64,000 nucleotides of DNA from Frankiaceae bacterium. Lineage in GTDB: Bacteria; Actinomycetota; Actinomycetes; BP-191. Where the stretch lies: the NCBI GenBank assembly GCA_030840645.1, contig JAVEEC010000020.1, positions 173-64,172 on the forward strand. Direction: 5' to 3'. The first letter of the stretch is position 1. Each line of letters begins with the position of its first letter. Of the stretch, positions 46,041 through 55,178 are shown in pieces. Under the pieces are notes generated by a model. The model made no database searches. It saw only the letters and a list, made by a program, of their open reading frames with translations, and had not been told where the DNA came from. Both the position numbers and the translations under genes were made by a program.

Positions 46041-48820
46041 GCGTCCTCCCAGGCGTAGAACGTCACGGCCCGGCCGTCCTCGCGGGTGACGCGTTCGCGG
46101 ACCATCCGCGGGCGCGGCGCGGCGGCCCACGACACGAGGTCGCCGAGCACCGCGAGCGCCGCCGGGTCGCCGGCGAGGGCTGGCTCGGCGAGGCGGTACT
46201 GGCAGACGATCAGCCGGCCGGGGCCGACGCGGTGCGCGCCGATGACGCGGCCGGTGACGGCGTTGGGCGCGGGCTTGTACGCGATGACCTCGGGGACGTC
46301 CGGCCACGCCTCGCCGCCGAGCCGGACGACGATCGCGCGGGCCTGGATCGTCGAGTCCTCCGCGACGAGGACCGCGCGGCGCGGCAGCGAGGGCAGCGAC
46401 CCCGAGTCGGTCGTGAAGTGGAAGACGGTCGAGCCCCAGACCGTCTCCACGTCGACGATCTCGGCGGGTACGGGGTAGGCCGCCCCGGCGTCCGCGTGCT
46501 GCGCGAGCACCACGACGGTCTCGCCGCCCGCCAGCAGGCCGGCGAGGACCGGCGTGAGGGCGGGCGTCAGGGCGTACTCCGCGACGAACGCAGGCCCCGC
46601 GTCGCCGACCGTCGCGCCGGTCGCGGCGAGCGCGGCCGCCGTGGCGCCGTCGCCGAGGACGCGCACGGTGTGGGCCGTCGCGTCCGGCGCGCGGACGACG
46701 TGGATCGGGTAGCGGTTCTCGGCGACGGCGACGCCGCCGGCGTGCAGCCGGACGAGCAGGTCGTGGCTGCCGGGGACCTCTGGCACCTCCACGACGACCT
46801 CGCCGTGGCGGGCCGCGCGGAACGCCGCGAGCCGCGGGATCCTGGTGCCCCACGTCGACTCGTCGAAGCGCGCCAGCGTCTTGCCGACGTTCAGCGTCCC
46901 GCCGCGCAGCTCCTCCCCGGGGACCGCCTCGGCGGTGCCGCCGAAGCGGACCTCGACGGTGACGCCGGCCAGCTCCGGGCCGTCGTTGCTGACGTGCAGC
47001 GGCGCCGTGAGGTAGGTCCCCGCCTGCACGACGAGGGACTCCAGCTCCAGCATCGGCAGCACGGTCTGGTTCGCGCGGGTGATCTCGGCGACCGCCAGCG
47101 GCTTGGGGTTGCGGCGCAGGTCGAGCAGGCCGTTCAGCTCGTGCGGCACGTCGGTCAGCTCGGTCAGGCAGTACCCGCCGATGTGGTCGTGCCTGCGGAA
47201 CACCTCGGTCTGCAACCGGTCCGAGAGCCCCTGGTAGCGCTGGGTCTCCGCGACGAAGCGCGCGACCGTGCTCGGCCAGAGCGACGCCGCGAGGCCGGTC
47301 GCGTAGATGTCGTGGGTGTCCCAGAACGGCGCGTCCGGCAGGAGCGGCATCTGCGGCAGCCCCCAGTCGCCGTACTCGGTGACGTAGAGGGGCTTGCCGA
47401 CGTCGCGGTAGCGCGCCGACTCGCGCTCGATCTTCGCGAGGTACTCCGCGTGCAGCCGGCCGTACCAGTGCGCGGTGAGGATCGGGGACCGGAAGACGCG
47501 CTCCGGCTCCGGCTCGACCCACTCGTTCTCGATGCACGGGCGGGTCGGGTCGAGGTCGACGACAGCGCCGTAGAGCGTGCGCGCGAACTCCTCGTACGAG
47601 TCCCAGTCGTGGGCGCCCTCGCGGTCCAGCGTCAGCTCGTTCATGGCCGCCCAGAGGACGACGCTCGGGTGGTTGCGGTCGCGGCGGACCTGCTCGCGGA
47701 TCGCGCGCAGGCAGGCGCGCGCGGTCTCGGTGTCGGCGCCGAGGTCGTCGTGGTCGATCGGCTCGGCGACCGGCAGGTCGCACTCCAGCAGCATGCCCAG
47801 CTCGTCGCAGACGTCGAGGTACGCGGGGTCGAACGCCTTGATGTGCAGCCGCAGCGTGTTGAAGCCCATCGCGGCGGCGGCGCGTACCTCCGCCTCGATC
47901 TCGGCGCGGGTGCCCTCCGCGTACAGCCGGTCGGCCGTGAAGCCCTGGACGAGAACGGACTTCATCCGGTACGGCCGGTCGTTAACCAGCAGCCGGGACC
48001 CGTCGACGCGGATGGTCCGCAGCCCGAACCGCACCCGCGTCGTGTCGCTCGCGACCCCGTCCGCGAGGACGTCGACCAGCGCGGTGTAGAGGTTCGGCTC
48101 GTCCGGGTGCCAGCGCCGCGCGCGGGTCGCGCCGACCTCGAGCGTGAGGACCTCGGTGGCGCCCGGCGCGACGGTGACGTCGCGCTCCGCGACGCGCGCG
48201 ACGATCCGCGCGCCGACCCGCGCGGCGACCGGCTCGGCCGACCGGTTCGTCACCTCGACGCGGACGCGCAGGTCGTCGGGGTCGGCGTTGACGAACACGT
48301 CGTCGAGGACGACCGGTCCGTGGCGCCGCAGCGTGACCGGCTGCCAGATGCCGCCGTACGTCATGTAGAGGCTCGGCCGCGAAGGGAAGTGGTTGTTGGC
48401 CCAGCCCTGCTTGCCGTGCGGCAGCCGGATGTGGTCGGGGTCGTCCAGCGAGGGGTCGACCACCCGGACGGCCAGCTCGTTCTCGCCCGCCCGCAGCAGC
48501 GAGGTGGGGTCAAGCGAGAACGGCGTGAACGGGCTGTCGTGCGACCCGAGCTCGTGACCGTTCAGGCAGACGTCGGCGATGTCCATGACGGCCCCGAACG
48601 TCAGCGTCCACCAGCCGCTCACGTCCTCGAGGGTGAACCGGCGGCGGTACCACGCGACGCCGTCCAGCTCGAGGTACCCCTGCGCCTCCCACAGCCCGGG
48701 CACCTGGATCGGCTGCGGCGTCAGGCCGTCTAGCGCGTCGAGCGAGGGCGCGCCGGGGAAGAACTCCCACTCCCCGTCGAGCGACGCGATGCCGTACTCG
48801 TCGAAGGCGAGGCCGGTCAC
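46037..48820 (-). CDS. Glycoside hydrolase family 2 (beta-galactosidase/beta-mannosidase-like), cytoplasmic
   Basis: 927 aa. Sugar-binding N-domain (WYRRRF...[20 protein letters not shown]); TIM barrel with [13 protein letters not shown] (acid/base Glu) and [10 protein letters not shown] (nucleophile Glu). GTG 48820 overlaps the ADH stop. Confidence 0.8.
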   Translation of the reverse strand: MTGLAFDEYGIASLDGEWEFFPGAPSLDALDGLTPQPIQVPGLWEAQGYLELDGVAWYRRRFTLEDVSGWWTLTFGAVMDIADVCLNGHELGSHDSPFTPFSLDPTSLLRAGENELAVRVVDPSLDDPDHIRLPHGKQGWANNHFPSRPSLYMTYGGIWQPVTLRRHGPVVLDDVFVNADPDDLRVRVEVTNRSAEPVAARVGARIVARVAERDVTVAPGATEVLTLEVGATRARRWHPDEPNLYTALVDVLADGVASDTTRVRFGLRTIRVDGSRLLVNDRPYRMKSVLVQGFTADRLYAEGTRAEIEAEVRAAAAMGFNTLRLHIKAFDPAYLDVCDELGMLLECDLPVAEPIDHDDLGADTETARACLRAIREQVRRDRNHPSVVLWAAMNELTLDREGAHDWDSYEEFARTLYGAVVDLDPTRPCIENEWVEPEPERVFRSPILTAHWYGRLHAEYLAKIERESARYRDVGKPLYVTEYGDWGLPQMPLLPDAPFWDTHDIYATGLAASLWPSTVARFVAETQRYQGLSDRLQTEVFRRHDHIGGYCLTELTDVPHELNGLLDLRRNPKPLAVAEITRANQTVLPMLELESLVVQAGTYLTAPLHVSNDGPELAGVTVEVRFGGTAEAVPGEELRGGTLNVGKTLARFDESTWGTRIPRLAAFRAARHGEVVVEVPEVPGSHDLLVRLHAGGVAVAENRYPIHVVRAPDATAHTVRVLGDGATAAALAATGATVGDAGPAFVAEYALTPALTPVLAGLLAGGETVVVLAQHADAGAAYPVPAEIVDVETVWGSTVFHFTTDSGSLPSLPRRAVLVAEDSTIQARAIVVRLGGEAWPDVPEVIAYKPAPNAVTGRVIGAHRVGPGRLIVCQYRLAEPALAGDPAALAVLGDLVSWAAAPRPRMVRERVTREDGRAVTFYAWEDA

Positions 48821-49866
48821 CGCACGACCGCGACCTTGCCCGCCACGCCGCTGTCGGCCACCTGGTACGCCTCCGCCACCTGCTCGAGCGGGAACCGATG
48901 TGTCACCAGCACCTCCGGGTGCAGGTCCCACCTTACGAGTCGTTCGAGCAGCTCCGCCGTACGCCACCGGCTGGTGACCCACGAGCCGAGGACGGTGAGG
49001 TTGCGGTGGATCAGCGTCGCGCTCACGTCCACGTCGAGCCGCCCGCCCTCGCCGACCATCGCGACGCGCCCCCACCGCCGCGCGCCCTCCAGCGCGGTCG
49101 CGCGCCCGGCGGGCGAGCCCGAGCAGTCCACGGCGGTCTCGCACCCCTCGCCGCCGGTGCGGCGGCGGACCTCCGCGGCGGTGTCTCCGGTCGCGGGCAG
49201 GACCTCGTCGCAGGCGCCGGTCGACAGGGCGAGGTCGCGGCGTTCCGGTGCCGGGTCGACGCCGATCACCACCGTCGCGCCGAGTGCCTTGCCGAGCAGC
49301 CCGGCGGCCAGGCCGACCGGGCCGAGCCCGGTCACCAGCAGCGCGTCGCGGCCGGACACGCCGAGGCGGCAGAGCGCCTCGTACGCCGTGCCGAAGCTGC
49401 ACGCGACGCTCGCGCCGTCGACGTAGGACAGCGCGTCCGGCAGCCGGACCAGCGAGCGCTGTTCCACGAGGACGAACTCCGCGTGTCCGCCGTCGCGCTG
49501 CCAGCCGTAGGCGCGGCGCAGCGGCGACTGGCAGGAGATGTCGTACCCCGCCATGCAGTCGGCGCAGGAGCCGCATCCGGCGATGTGGTAGACGACGACC
49601 CGGTCGCCGGGGGCGAACGCCGTGACTCCCGGGCCCGCGACGACCACGTCGCCGCAGGGCTCGTGGCCGGCGACGACACCCTGGTACGCCTCCGCGCCGT
49701 GACCCAGGTGCTCGCGGTAGATCGCGCGCAGGTCGGACCCGCAGATCGTGGACGCACCCATCCGCACGAGCAGCTGGCCGGGCCCCGGCTCGGGGACGGG
49801 GACGTCGCGCAGGTCGACCACCCGCCCGCCCGGCAGGTACGCCGCGCGCATCGTCGCGGCGGGCAC
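48817..49866 (-). CDS. Zinc-dependent medium-chain alcohol/polyol dehydrogenase
   Basis: 349 aa. Catalytic Zn motif GHEPCG, structural Zn cluster [15 protein letters not shown], Rossmann GLGPVGL. Confidence 0.85.
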   Translation of the reverse strand: MPAATMRAAYLPGGRVVDLRDVPVPEPGPGQLLVRMGASTICGSDLRAIYREHLGHGAEAYQGVVAGHEPCGDVVVAGPGVTAFAPGDRVVVYHIAGCGSCADCMAGYDISCQSPLRRAYGWQRDGGHAEFVLVEQRSLVRLPDALSYVDGASVACSFGTAYEALCRLGVSGRDALLVTGLGPVGLAAGLLGKALGATVVIGVDPAPERRDLALSTGACDEVLPATGDTAAEVRRRTGGEGCETAVDCSGSPAGRATALEGARRWGRVAMVGEGGRLDVDVSATLIHRNLTVLGSWVTSRWRTAELLERLVRWDLHPEVLVTHRFPLEQVAEAYQVADSGVAGKVAVVR

Positions 49867-49867
49867 G

Positions 49868-50905
49868 TCAGCGCGGCCCGGCGCGGCGGGGGTCGGCGGG
49901 CCCGGAGCCCGCGCTGGTGCGCTCGACCGCGCGCGCCAGCTCGCCGAGATCCTCGTCCGTCAGCGTCAGCGTCGCGGCCGGCAGCCAGCCGTCGACCTGG
50001 GCCGCCGTCCGCGCGCCGACGATGGCGCCTGTGACGCCGTCCCACGCGAGCGTCCACGCGACGGCGACGGCGGCGACGGGGACGTCGTGGCGTTCGGCCA
50101 CGGGTCGCAGCGCGGCGGCGAGCGCCATGTTCCTGCGACCGCCCTCGCCGGTGAAGTCGTCGTTCGACGAGCGCCAGTCGTCCGCCGGCAGCGCCGCCAC
50201 CCGCTCCGGCGTCATCGCGCCGGTGAGCAGCCCCGAGTGCATCGGGCTGTAGACGACGACGCCGGTGCCGTTCTCGGCGCACCAGGGGATCAGGTCGGCC
50301 GCCGCATCGCGCGCGACCAGCGACAGCGGCGGCTGCAGCGAGTCGACGTGCGCGACCTCCTCCGCCCGGGTCAGCTGCTTCACGTCGTGGTTGGACATGC
50401 CGATGGCGCGGACCGTACCTGCGGCCTTCAGCTCCGCCATCACCGCCCAGTACTCCTCCAGCGGCGTGCCGTCGGTCGGCGGCCAGTGCACCTGGTAGAG
50501 GTCGATCCGCTCGACGCCGAGGCGGCGCAGCGACTCCTCGACCTCGTGGCGGACCGACTCCGGCGCCATGACGTTGTCCGGGCCGTTCTCCGCGTTGCCC
50601 TGCCAGCGCAGGCCGCACTTCGTGAAGACGTAGGGGCGGTCGTTCTCGGGCAGGTCGCGCAGCGCGCGGCCGACGACGGTCTCGGACCGGCCGAGGCCGT
50701 AGATGGGCGCGGTGTCGACCCAGTTGACGCCATGCTCGACGGCGGCCCGGATGGCCGCGACCGAGTCGTCGTCGTCCTGCCCGCCCCAGCCACCGCCCCA
50801 GCCGCCGCCGCCGACGGCCCACGCGCCGAAGCCGACGCGGGTGATCTCCAGGCCCGACGTGCCGAGCGGTGCCGTGGGCAGCGCCCGGTCCCCGTTACGC
50901 GGCAC
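49868..50905 (-). CDS. Aldo/keto reductase
   Basis: AKR pattern [50 protein letters not shown]. Start uncertain: GTG 50905 (11-nt overlap with the upstream gene) versus ATG 50962. Confidence 0.8.
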   Translation of the reverse strand: MPRNGDRALPTAPLGTSGLEITRVGFGAWAVGGGGWGGGWGGQDDDDSVAAIRAAVEHGVNWVDTAPIYGLGRSETVVGRALRDLPENDRPYVFTKCGLRWQGNAENGPDNVMAPESVRHEVEESLRRLGVERIDLYQVHWPPTDGTPLEEYWAVMAELKAAGTVRAIGMSNHDVKQLTRAEEVAHVDSLQPPLSLVARDAAADLIPWCAENGTGVVVYSPMHSGLLTGAMTPERVAALPADDWRSSNDDFTGEGGRRNMALAAALRPVAERHDVPVAAVAVAWTLAWDGVTGAIVGARTAAQVDGWLPAATLTLTDEDLGELARAVERTSAGSGPADPRRAGPR

Positions 50906-51836
50906 CGGTGAGCCTCTCGACGTTGCCCGCCGCGAACGCCGCCGCGGACACCGAGGTCGCATACAGCTGCCACGGCAGCCCGTCGCCGTCGCGGTGCTGG
51001 AAGAACAGGTGGACGCGGCCGCGGTGGACGGCGACGGCCGGGTGGCCGTTCTCGCCGGTCCGCCCGTACGCCGCCGGGTCGAGCGCGGGTCCGATGACGT
51101 CGTAGGGACCGGTCGGCTCGTCGGCGACGGCGAGCAGCACCCGCTGCCGCGTCGCCTCCGCGCCCTCGGGCAGGAAGCAGACGGCGGCGAGCAGCGTCCG
51201 CCCGTCGGGCAGCTCGGCGAGCTGGCCGCCCTCGAGCCCCCACTCGTACGCGGGGCAGCCGCGCGGGTTGTGGCAGGCGACGTCGTCGTGGCCGAGGACG
51301 ACGCCGAGGCGCTTCCACGGGCCCGCCCAGTCCGCGGCGCGGGCGAGGTGCAGGTCCGGCTCGCCGACGGTCGACATGCCCGCGTAGACGAGGTACCGCT
51401 CGCCCTCGACCTCGCACGGGTGGGCGTCGTAGAGGCCGGCCTCGGTCGTCCCCGGCAACGACGCCAGCGCCGTCCCCACCGCGTCGAACGTCGCGCCGCC
51501 GTCGTCGGAGACGAGGTGCGTGATCGTGCCGCCGAGGAGGTTGTACGCCTCCTGCAGGAACAGGTGCAGCCGGTCGCCCTCGGCGACGACGCCTGGCGCG
51601 CAGCGGCTCGGGCCGTGCGCGCCGCGGATCTCGACGGGCGGCAGCGGCGTCCACGGCCCGCCGGGGCGGGGCGCGACCGCGTGCACCAGGTCGTACCGGT
51701 ACCCCTCGTGGCAGCCGGTCGCGAACAGGTGCCAGCGGTCGCCCACCCGCGTCACGCAGGGGTCCTTGAGGCCGCCGTAACGGCCGAGCGGGACGACCGG
51801 GCTCGGCCGGCGCCACGGGAGCGATCGTGCCGTCAT
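50895..51836 (-). CDS. Five-bladed beta-propeller glycosidase-like protein (GH43/GH32 clan-like), no signal peptide
   Basis: 313 aa from ATG 51836. DPCVTRVGDRWHLFAT, GDRLHLFLQE, GERYLVYAG and RVHLFFQHRD repeat like the blade strands of clan GH-F/J enzymes. The family assignment is tentative. Confidence 0.45.
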   Translation of the reverse strand: MTARSLPWRRPSPVVPLGRYGGLKDPCVTRVGDRWHLFATGCHEGYRYDLVHAVAPRPGGPWTPLPPVEIRGAHGPSRCAPGVVAEGDRLHLFLQEAYNLLGGTITHLVSDDGGATFDAVGTALASLPGTTEAGLYDAHPCEVEGERYLVYAGMSTVGEPDLHLARAADWAGPWKRLGVVLGHDDVACHNPRGCPAYEWGLEGGQLAELPDGRTLLAAVCFLPEGAEATRQRVLLAVADEPTGPYDVIGPALDPAAYGRTGENGHPAVAVHRGRVHLFFQHRDGDGLPWQLYATSVSAAAFAAGNVERLTGAA

Positions 51837-51908
51837 GCGCGGCTCCGTACCCTTCGCGATCTTCGGATAATCGTGAGTGTCGCGCTCGCGGCGGGTAGAC
51901 AGGGGGAC

Positions 51909-52913
51909 GTGACGGGACGAGTCAGCGCGTTCGCGCCCGCCCGGGTCAACCTCATCGGCGACCACACCGACTACACCGGCGGCCTCGCCTGCCCGATGGC
52001 CGTCGACCTCGGCACCACCGTGACGCTCGACCCGGGCGGCGACGCGGTCCGGCTGGTGTCGGACGCGACCGGCACCGCGGCGGACGTCCCTCTCGACGTC
52101 GCCGACGTCGCGTCGGTCACCCCGCCCTGGGCGCGCTACGTCGCCGGCGTCGTCGCGCTGCTCCGCCCCCCCGCCGGCGGTACGGGCGTCGTGGCGTCGA
52201 CCGTGCCGCTCGGCGCGGGGCTGTCGTCCAGCGCCTCATTGGAGCTCGCGGTCGCGCTCGCGCTCGGCTTCGCGGGGACGCCGTTGGACCTGGCCAGGCT
52301 CGGCCAGGCCGCCGAGCACCTGGCGACCGGCACGCCGACCGGCCTGCTCGACCAGGTCGCGTCGGCGTGCGGCCGGGCCGGGCATGCGATGGTCGTCGAC
52401 TTCACGACCCTCGACGTCGACCACGTCCCCCTGCCCGACGGCGTCGAGGTCGTCGTCGTGGACTCGGGGCAACGCCGCGAGCTCGCGACGACGGCGTACG
52501 CCGAGCGGCGGGCCCAGTGCGCCGCCGCCGCCGACCTCATCGGCCCGCTCGCGACCGCCACCGAGGCGGACGCCGAGTCCCTCGCCGACCCGGTGCTGCG
52601 CCGCAGGGCGCGCCACGTCGTGACGGAGAACGCCCGGGTGCGCGCGTTCGCGACCGCGCTGCGCGCCGGGGACGCGGTCGAGGCCGGGCGGCTGATGCTG
52701 GCGAGCCACGCCAGCCTGGCGACCGACTTCGAGGTGAGCGTGCCCGCGCTCGACGGCCGGGTCGGCGAGCTGCGCCAGACACCCGGGGTGTACGGCGCGC
52801 GGATGACCGGCGGCGGGTTCGGCGGCTGCGTGGTCGCGCTGACCGAGCCGGGCGCCGTACGCGCGGGGTGGCACGTCCGCGCCGTCGCCGGCGCCGCCCG
52901 ACTCGTTCCGTGA
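51909..52913 (+). CDS. galK: Galactokinase
   Basis: APARVNLIGDHTDYTGG (GHMP motif I), PLGAGLSSSASLE (motif II), MTGGGFGGC (motif III). Start uncertain: GTG 51909 or GTG 51873. Confidence 0.9.
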   Translation: MTGRVSAFAPARVNLIGDHTDYTGGLACPMAVDLGTTVTLDPGGDAVRLVSDATGTAADVPLDVADVASVTPPWARYVAGVVALLRPPAGGTGVVASTVPLGAGLSSSASLELAVALALGFAGTPLDLARLGQAAEHLATGTPTGLLDQVASACGRAGHAMVVDFTTLDVDHVPLPDGVEVVVVDSGQRRELATTAYAERRAQCAAAADLIGPLATATEADAESLADPVLRRRARHVVTENARVRAFATALRAGDAVEAGRLMLASHASLATDFEVSVPALDGRVGELRQTPGVYGARMTGGGFGGCVVALTEPGAVRAGWHVRAVAGAARLVP

Positions 52914-52922
52914 CCCGGCCGC

Positions 52923-55178
52923 CTACCCGACCGCGGCGAGCCGGCGGACCGCGCGCATCCGCAGGGTGAACGTGCTCCCCCCGCCCGGCGCCGGCGCGAC
53001 GTCGAGCGTGCCGCCCATCGTGGTCGCGAGGTGCCGGGCGATGTAGAGCCCGAGCCCGGTCCCGGTCTGCGCCGGCGTGTCGGCGAGCCGCTCGAACCGC
53101 TGGAAGATGCGTTCCCTGGCCTCGGGCGGGATGCCGGGCCCGCGGTCGGTCACCGCGATCGACACGATGCCGGACGCGCGCTCGATCGAGACGTCGATCG
53201 GGAGGCCCTTCGGGGCGTACTTCACGGCGTTGGCGACGAGGTTGGTCACCACCTGCTCGATCCGGACCGCACGACCGGCGACGAACGCCACATCGTCCGC
53301 GCCGGAGAGCACGATCCGCCGGTCCGGCGCGAGCAGCGCGAAGTCGTCGACGACCTTCGCGACGGCGGCGGCCGCGTCGACCGCCTCCTCGGTCGCCGGC
53401 CCGGCGTTGAGATCGGTCTCGACCCGGCTGTCCTCGAGGATGTTGAGGATCAGCTGGTGCAGCCGGTCGGCCTGCCGCAGGATCGCGCGCGCGCCCTCCT
53501 GCCGCTGCTCCGCCGACAGCTCGTCGGCGCGCTGCAGGAGCGTGACGGCCCAGCCCTTGATCGGCGCCAACGGCGTCCGCAGCTCGTGCGACACGACCGC
53601 GACGAAGTCGTCCTTCAGCTTGTCGAGCTCGTGCACCTTGGTGACGTCGCGGGCCATCACGACGAGCTGCGCGCCGCGGCCGTCGCGGGCGGGCAGGTGG
53701 CCGTACGTGCAGGACAGCCAGCGCGACTGCCCGTCCTCGCAGGTGACCTCGACCGCCGTCGGCAGCGCCGCCGTCCGGCCCGCCCAGGCGGCGAGGTCGA
53801 GCGGCGCGCCCTGGCCGTCGCGCGGCCGCAGCACGCCGTCCGGCAGGCGCCCCACCATGACCTCGGCGTCGTACCCGGTGATCTGCTCGATGCCGGCGTT
53901 CCACGTCGTCACGACGCCGCCCGCGTCGAGGGTGAGGATGCCGTCGGAGGTGTTGCCGACGATGTCGGCGAGCCGGCGCCGTTCGTCCAGGATCGCGTCG
54001 AGCAGCGCCGCCTTGTCCAGCGCGCCGGCGACCTCGGCGGCGAGGGCTTCGAGGACCGCGACCTCGCCGCGTTCGAAGCCCTCCGTCCCGCCGCGGTTGT
54101 AGACGCAGAGCACGCCGAACGACTTCTCGCCGGTCCGCACCGGCGCGGCGGCGGCGACCCGCCAGCCTTCGCGGGCGAGCAGCGCGTCGTCGCGCGAGTC
54201 GACCACGAGCGAGCCGCCGCCCGACACCATGGCGAGCAGCGCGGCGGTCGACGTGCCGTCGTCGGGACCCGCGGCGTACGGCGCGTCGCCCGCGACGCGG
54301 TGCAGGACGGGCCCCCCGGGCGAGAGCTCGAGCAGGTCGACGGCCTCGGCCTCGAAGCAGTGGCGCACCTCGGCGAGGAACGCCGGCACGGCCTCGCGCG
54401 GGTCGATCGGCCGGGCGAGCGCGTGGGTCGCGGCCTGGAGGCCGGCCAGGCGGACGCGGTCGGTGCGCGCGGTCGCGAAGCCGCGGCTCCCCCAGTGCAG
54501 GACCACGAGCGGCGCGACCATGAGGACGACGGCGAACGGCGTGCGCAGGTACGCGGACACGAACAGGAGGCCGAACACCAGGTTGGCGGCCGAGCCGCCG
54601 ACCCAGCCGATCGGGATGACCGGCCGCAGCTCGGCGAGCACCACGCGGATCGGCCGCCGCGTCGCCAGCGCGAGGACGGCGGCGACCGACGTGTAGTTGA
54701 CGACCGCGACGACGAGGATCGCCAGCGCGAGCGCGAGGACGTTGCGCGCCGGCAGCCCCTCGCCGGAACGCAGCGCGGCGAACACCAGCGCGCCGCAGCC
54801 GGTCGCCGCGCCCCACTGCGCGGCGTTGAACGTCGTCTTCACCGGGGCGTTGCGGTGCAGCGCGCCGACCAGCCCCTTCGCGACGATCGCGAGGCCGACC
54901 GCGACCGGGCCGGGGAACACGACGATGGTCGGCGCGAGCACCGCCTCGAACAGGTCGAGCGCCTCCATGTCGTCGCCGCACTGGACCCGGATCAGCAGGT
55001 GGCTGGCGAGCGCGAGGACGGCGAGGACCAACGGCGCCTGGCCCCACGGCGTCCCGCCGTGCCGGCCCGCGACCGCCTCGGCCGCGAGCCCGGTCCCCAG
55101 GGCCGTGGCGAACAGCAGCGCGCTGAACGCCGCGATCCGCCAGTCCCTCCCCGGGGCGGTCTCGGGTCCGTCGGTCAC
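52923..55178 (-). CDS. Sensor histidine kinase: polytopic membrane domain, GAF, PAS, HisKA, HATPase_c (orphan)
   Basis: 751 aa from GTG 55178 (overlaps the S8 stop, GTGA). About 8 hydrophobic helices with short loops. PAS (TSDGILTLDAGGVVTTWNAG). H-box SHELRTPLAPIKG, N-box NLVANAVKY, G-boxes DRGPGI and GTGLGLYI. The 1414-aa ORF-track entry is this gene plus a shadow of the S8 gene. Confidence 0.9.
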   Translation of the reverse strand: MTDGPETAPGRDWRIAAFSALLFATALGTGLAAEAVAGRHGGTPWGQAPLVLAVLALASHLLIRVQCGDDMEALDLFEAVLAPTIVVFPGPVAVGLAIVAKGLVGALHRNAPVKTTFNAAQWGAATGCGALVFAALRSGEGLPARNVLALALAILVVAVVNYTSVAAVLALATRRPIRVVLAELRPVIPIGWVGGSAANLVFGLLFVSAYLRTPFAVVLMVAPLVVLHWGSRGFATARTDRVRLAGLQAATHALARPIDPREAVPAFLAEVRHCFEAEAVDLLELSPGGPVLHRVAGDAPYAAGPDDGTSTAALLAMVSGGGSLVVDSRDDALLAREGWRVAAAAPVRTGEKSFGVLCVYNRGGTEGFERGEVAVLEALAAEVAGALDKAALLDAILDERRRLADIVGNTSDGILTLDAGGVVTTWNAGIEQITGYDAEVMVGRLPDGVLRPRDGQGAPLDLAAWAGRTAALPTAVEVTCEDGQSRWLSCTYGHLPARDGRGAQLVVMARDVTKVHELDKLKDDFVAVVSHELRTPLAPIKGWAVTLLQRADELSAEQRQEGARAILRQADRLHQLILNILEDSRVETDLNAGPATEEAVDAAAAVAKVVDDFALLAPDRRIVLSGADDVAFVAGRAVRIEQVVTNLVANAVKYAPKGLPIDVSIERASGIVSIAVTDRGPGIPPEARERIFQRFERLADTPAQTGTGLGLYIARHLATTMGGTLDVAPAPGGGSTFTLRMRAVRRLAAVG

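Noticed and set aside
40864-49576. Very long ORF-track entries (890, 873, 913 and 1179 aa) on the minus strand
   Set aside because: Each is a genuine gene plus an upstream out-of-frame extension through its neighbour. Starts were reset to the GTG/ATG that overlaps the upstream stop or follows an RBS, where recognisable family sequence begins.
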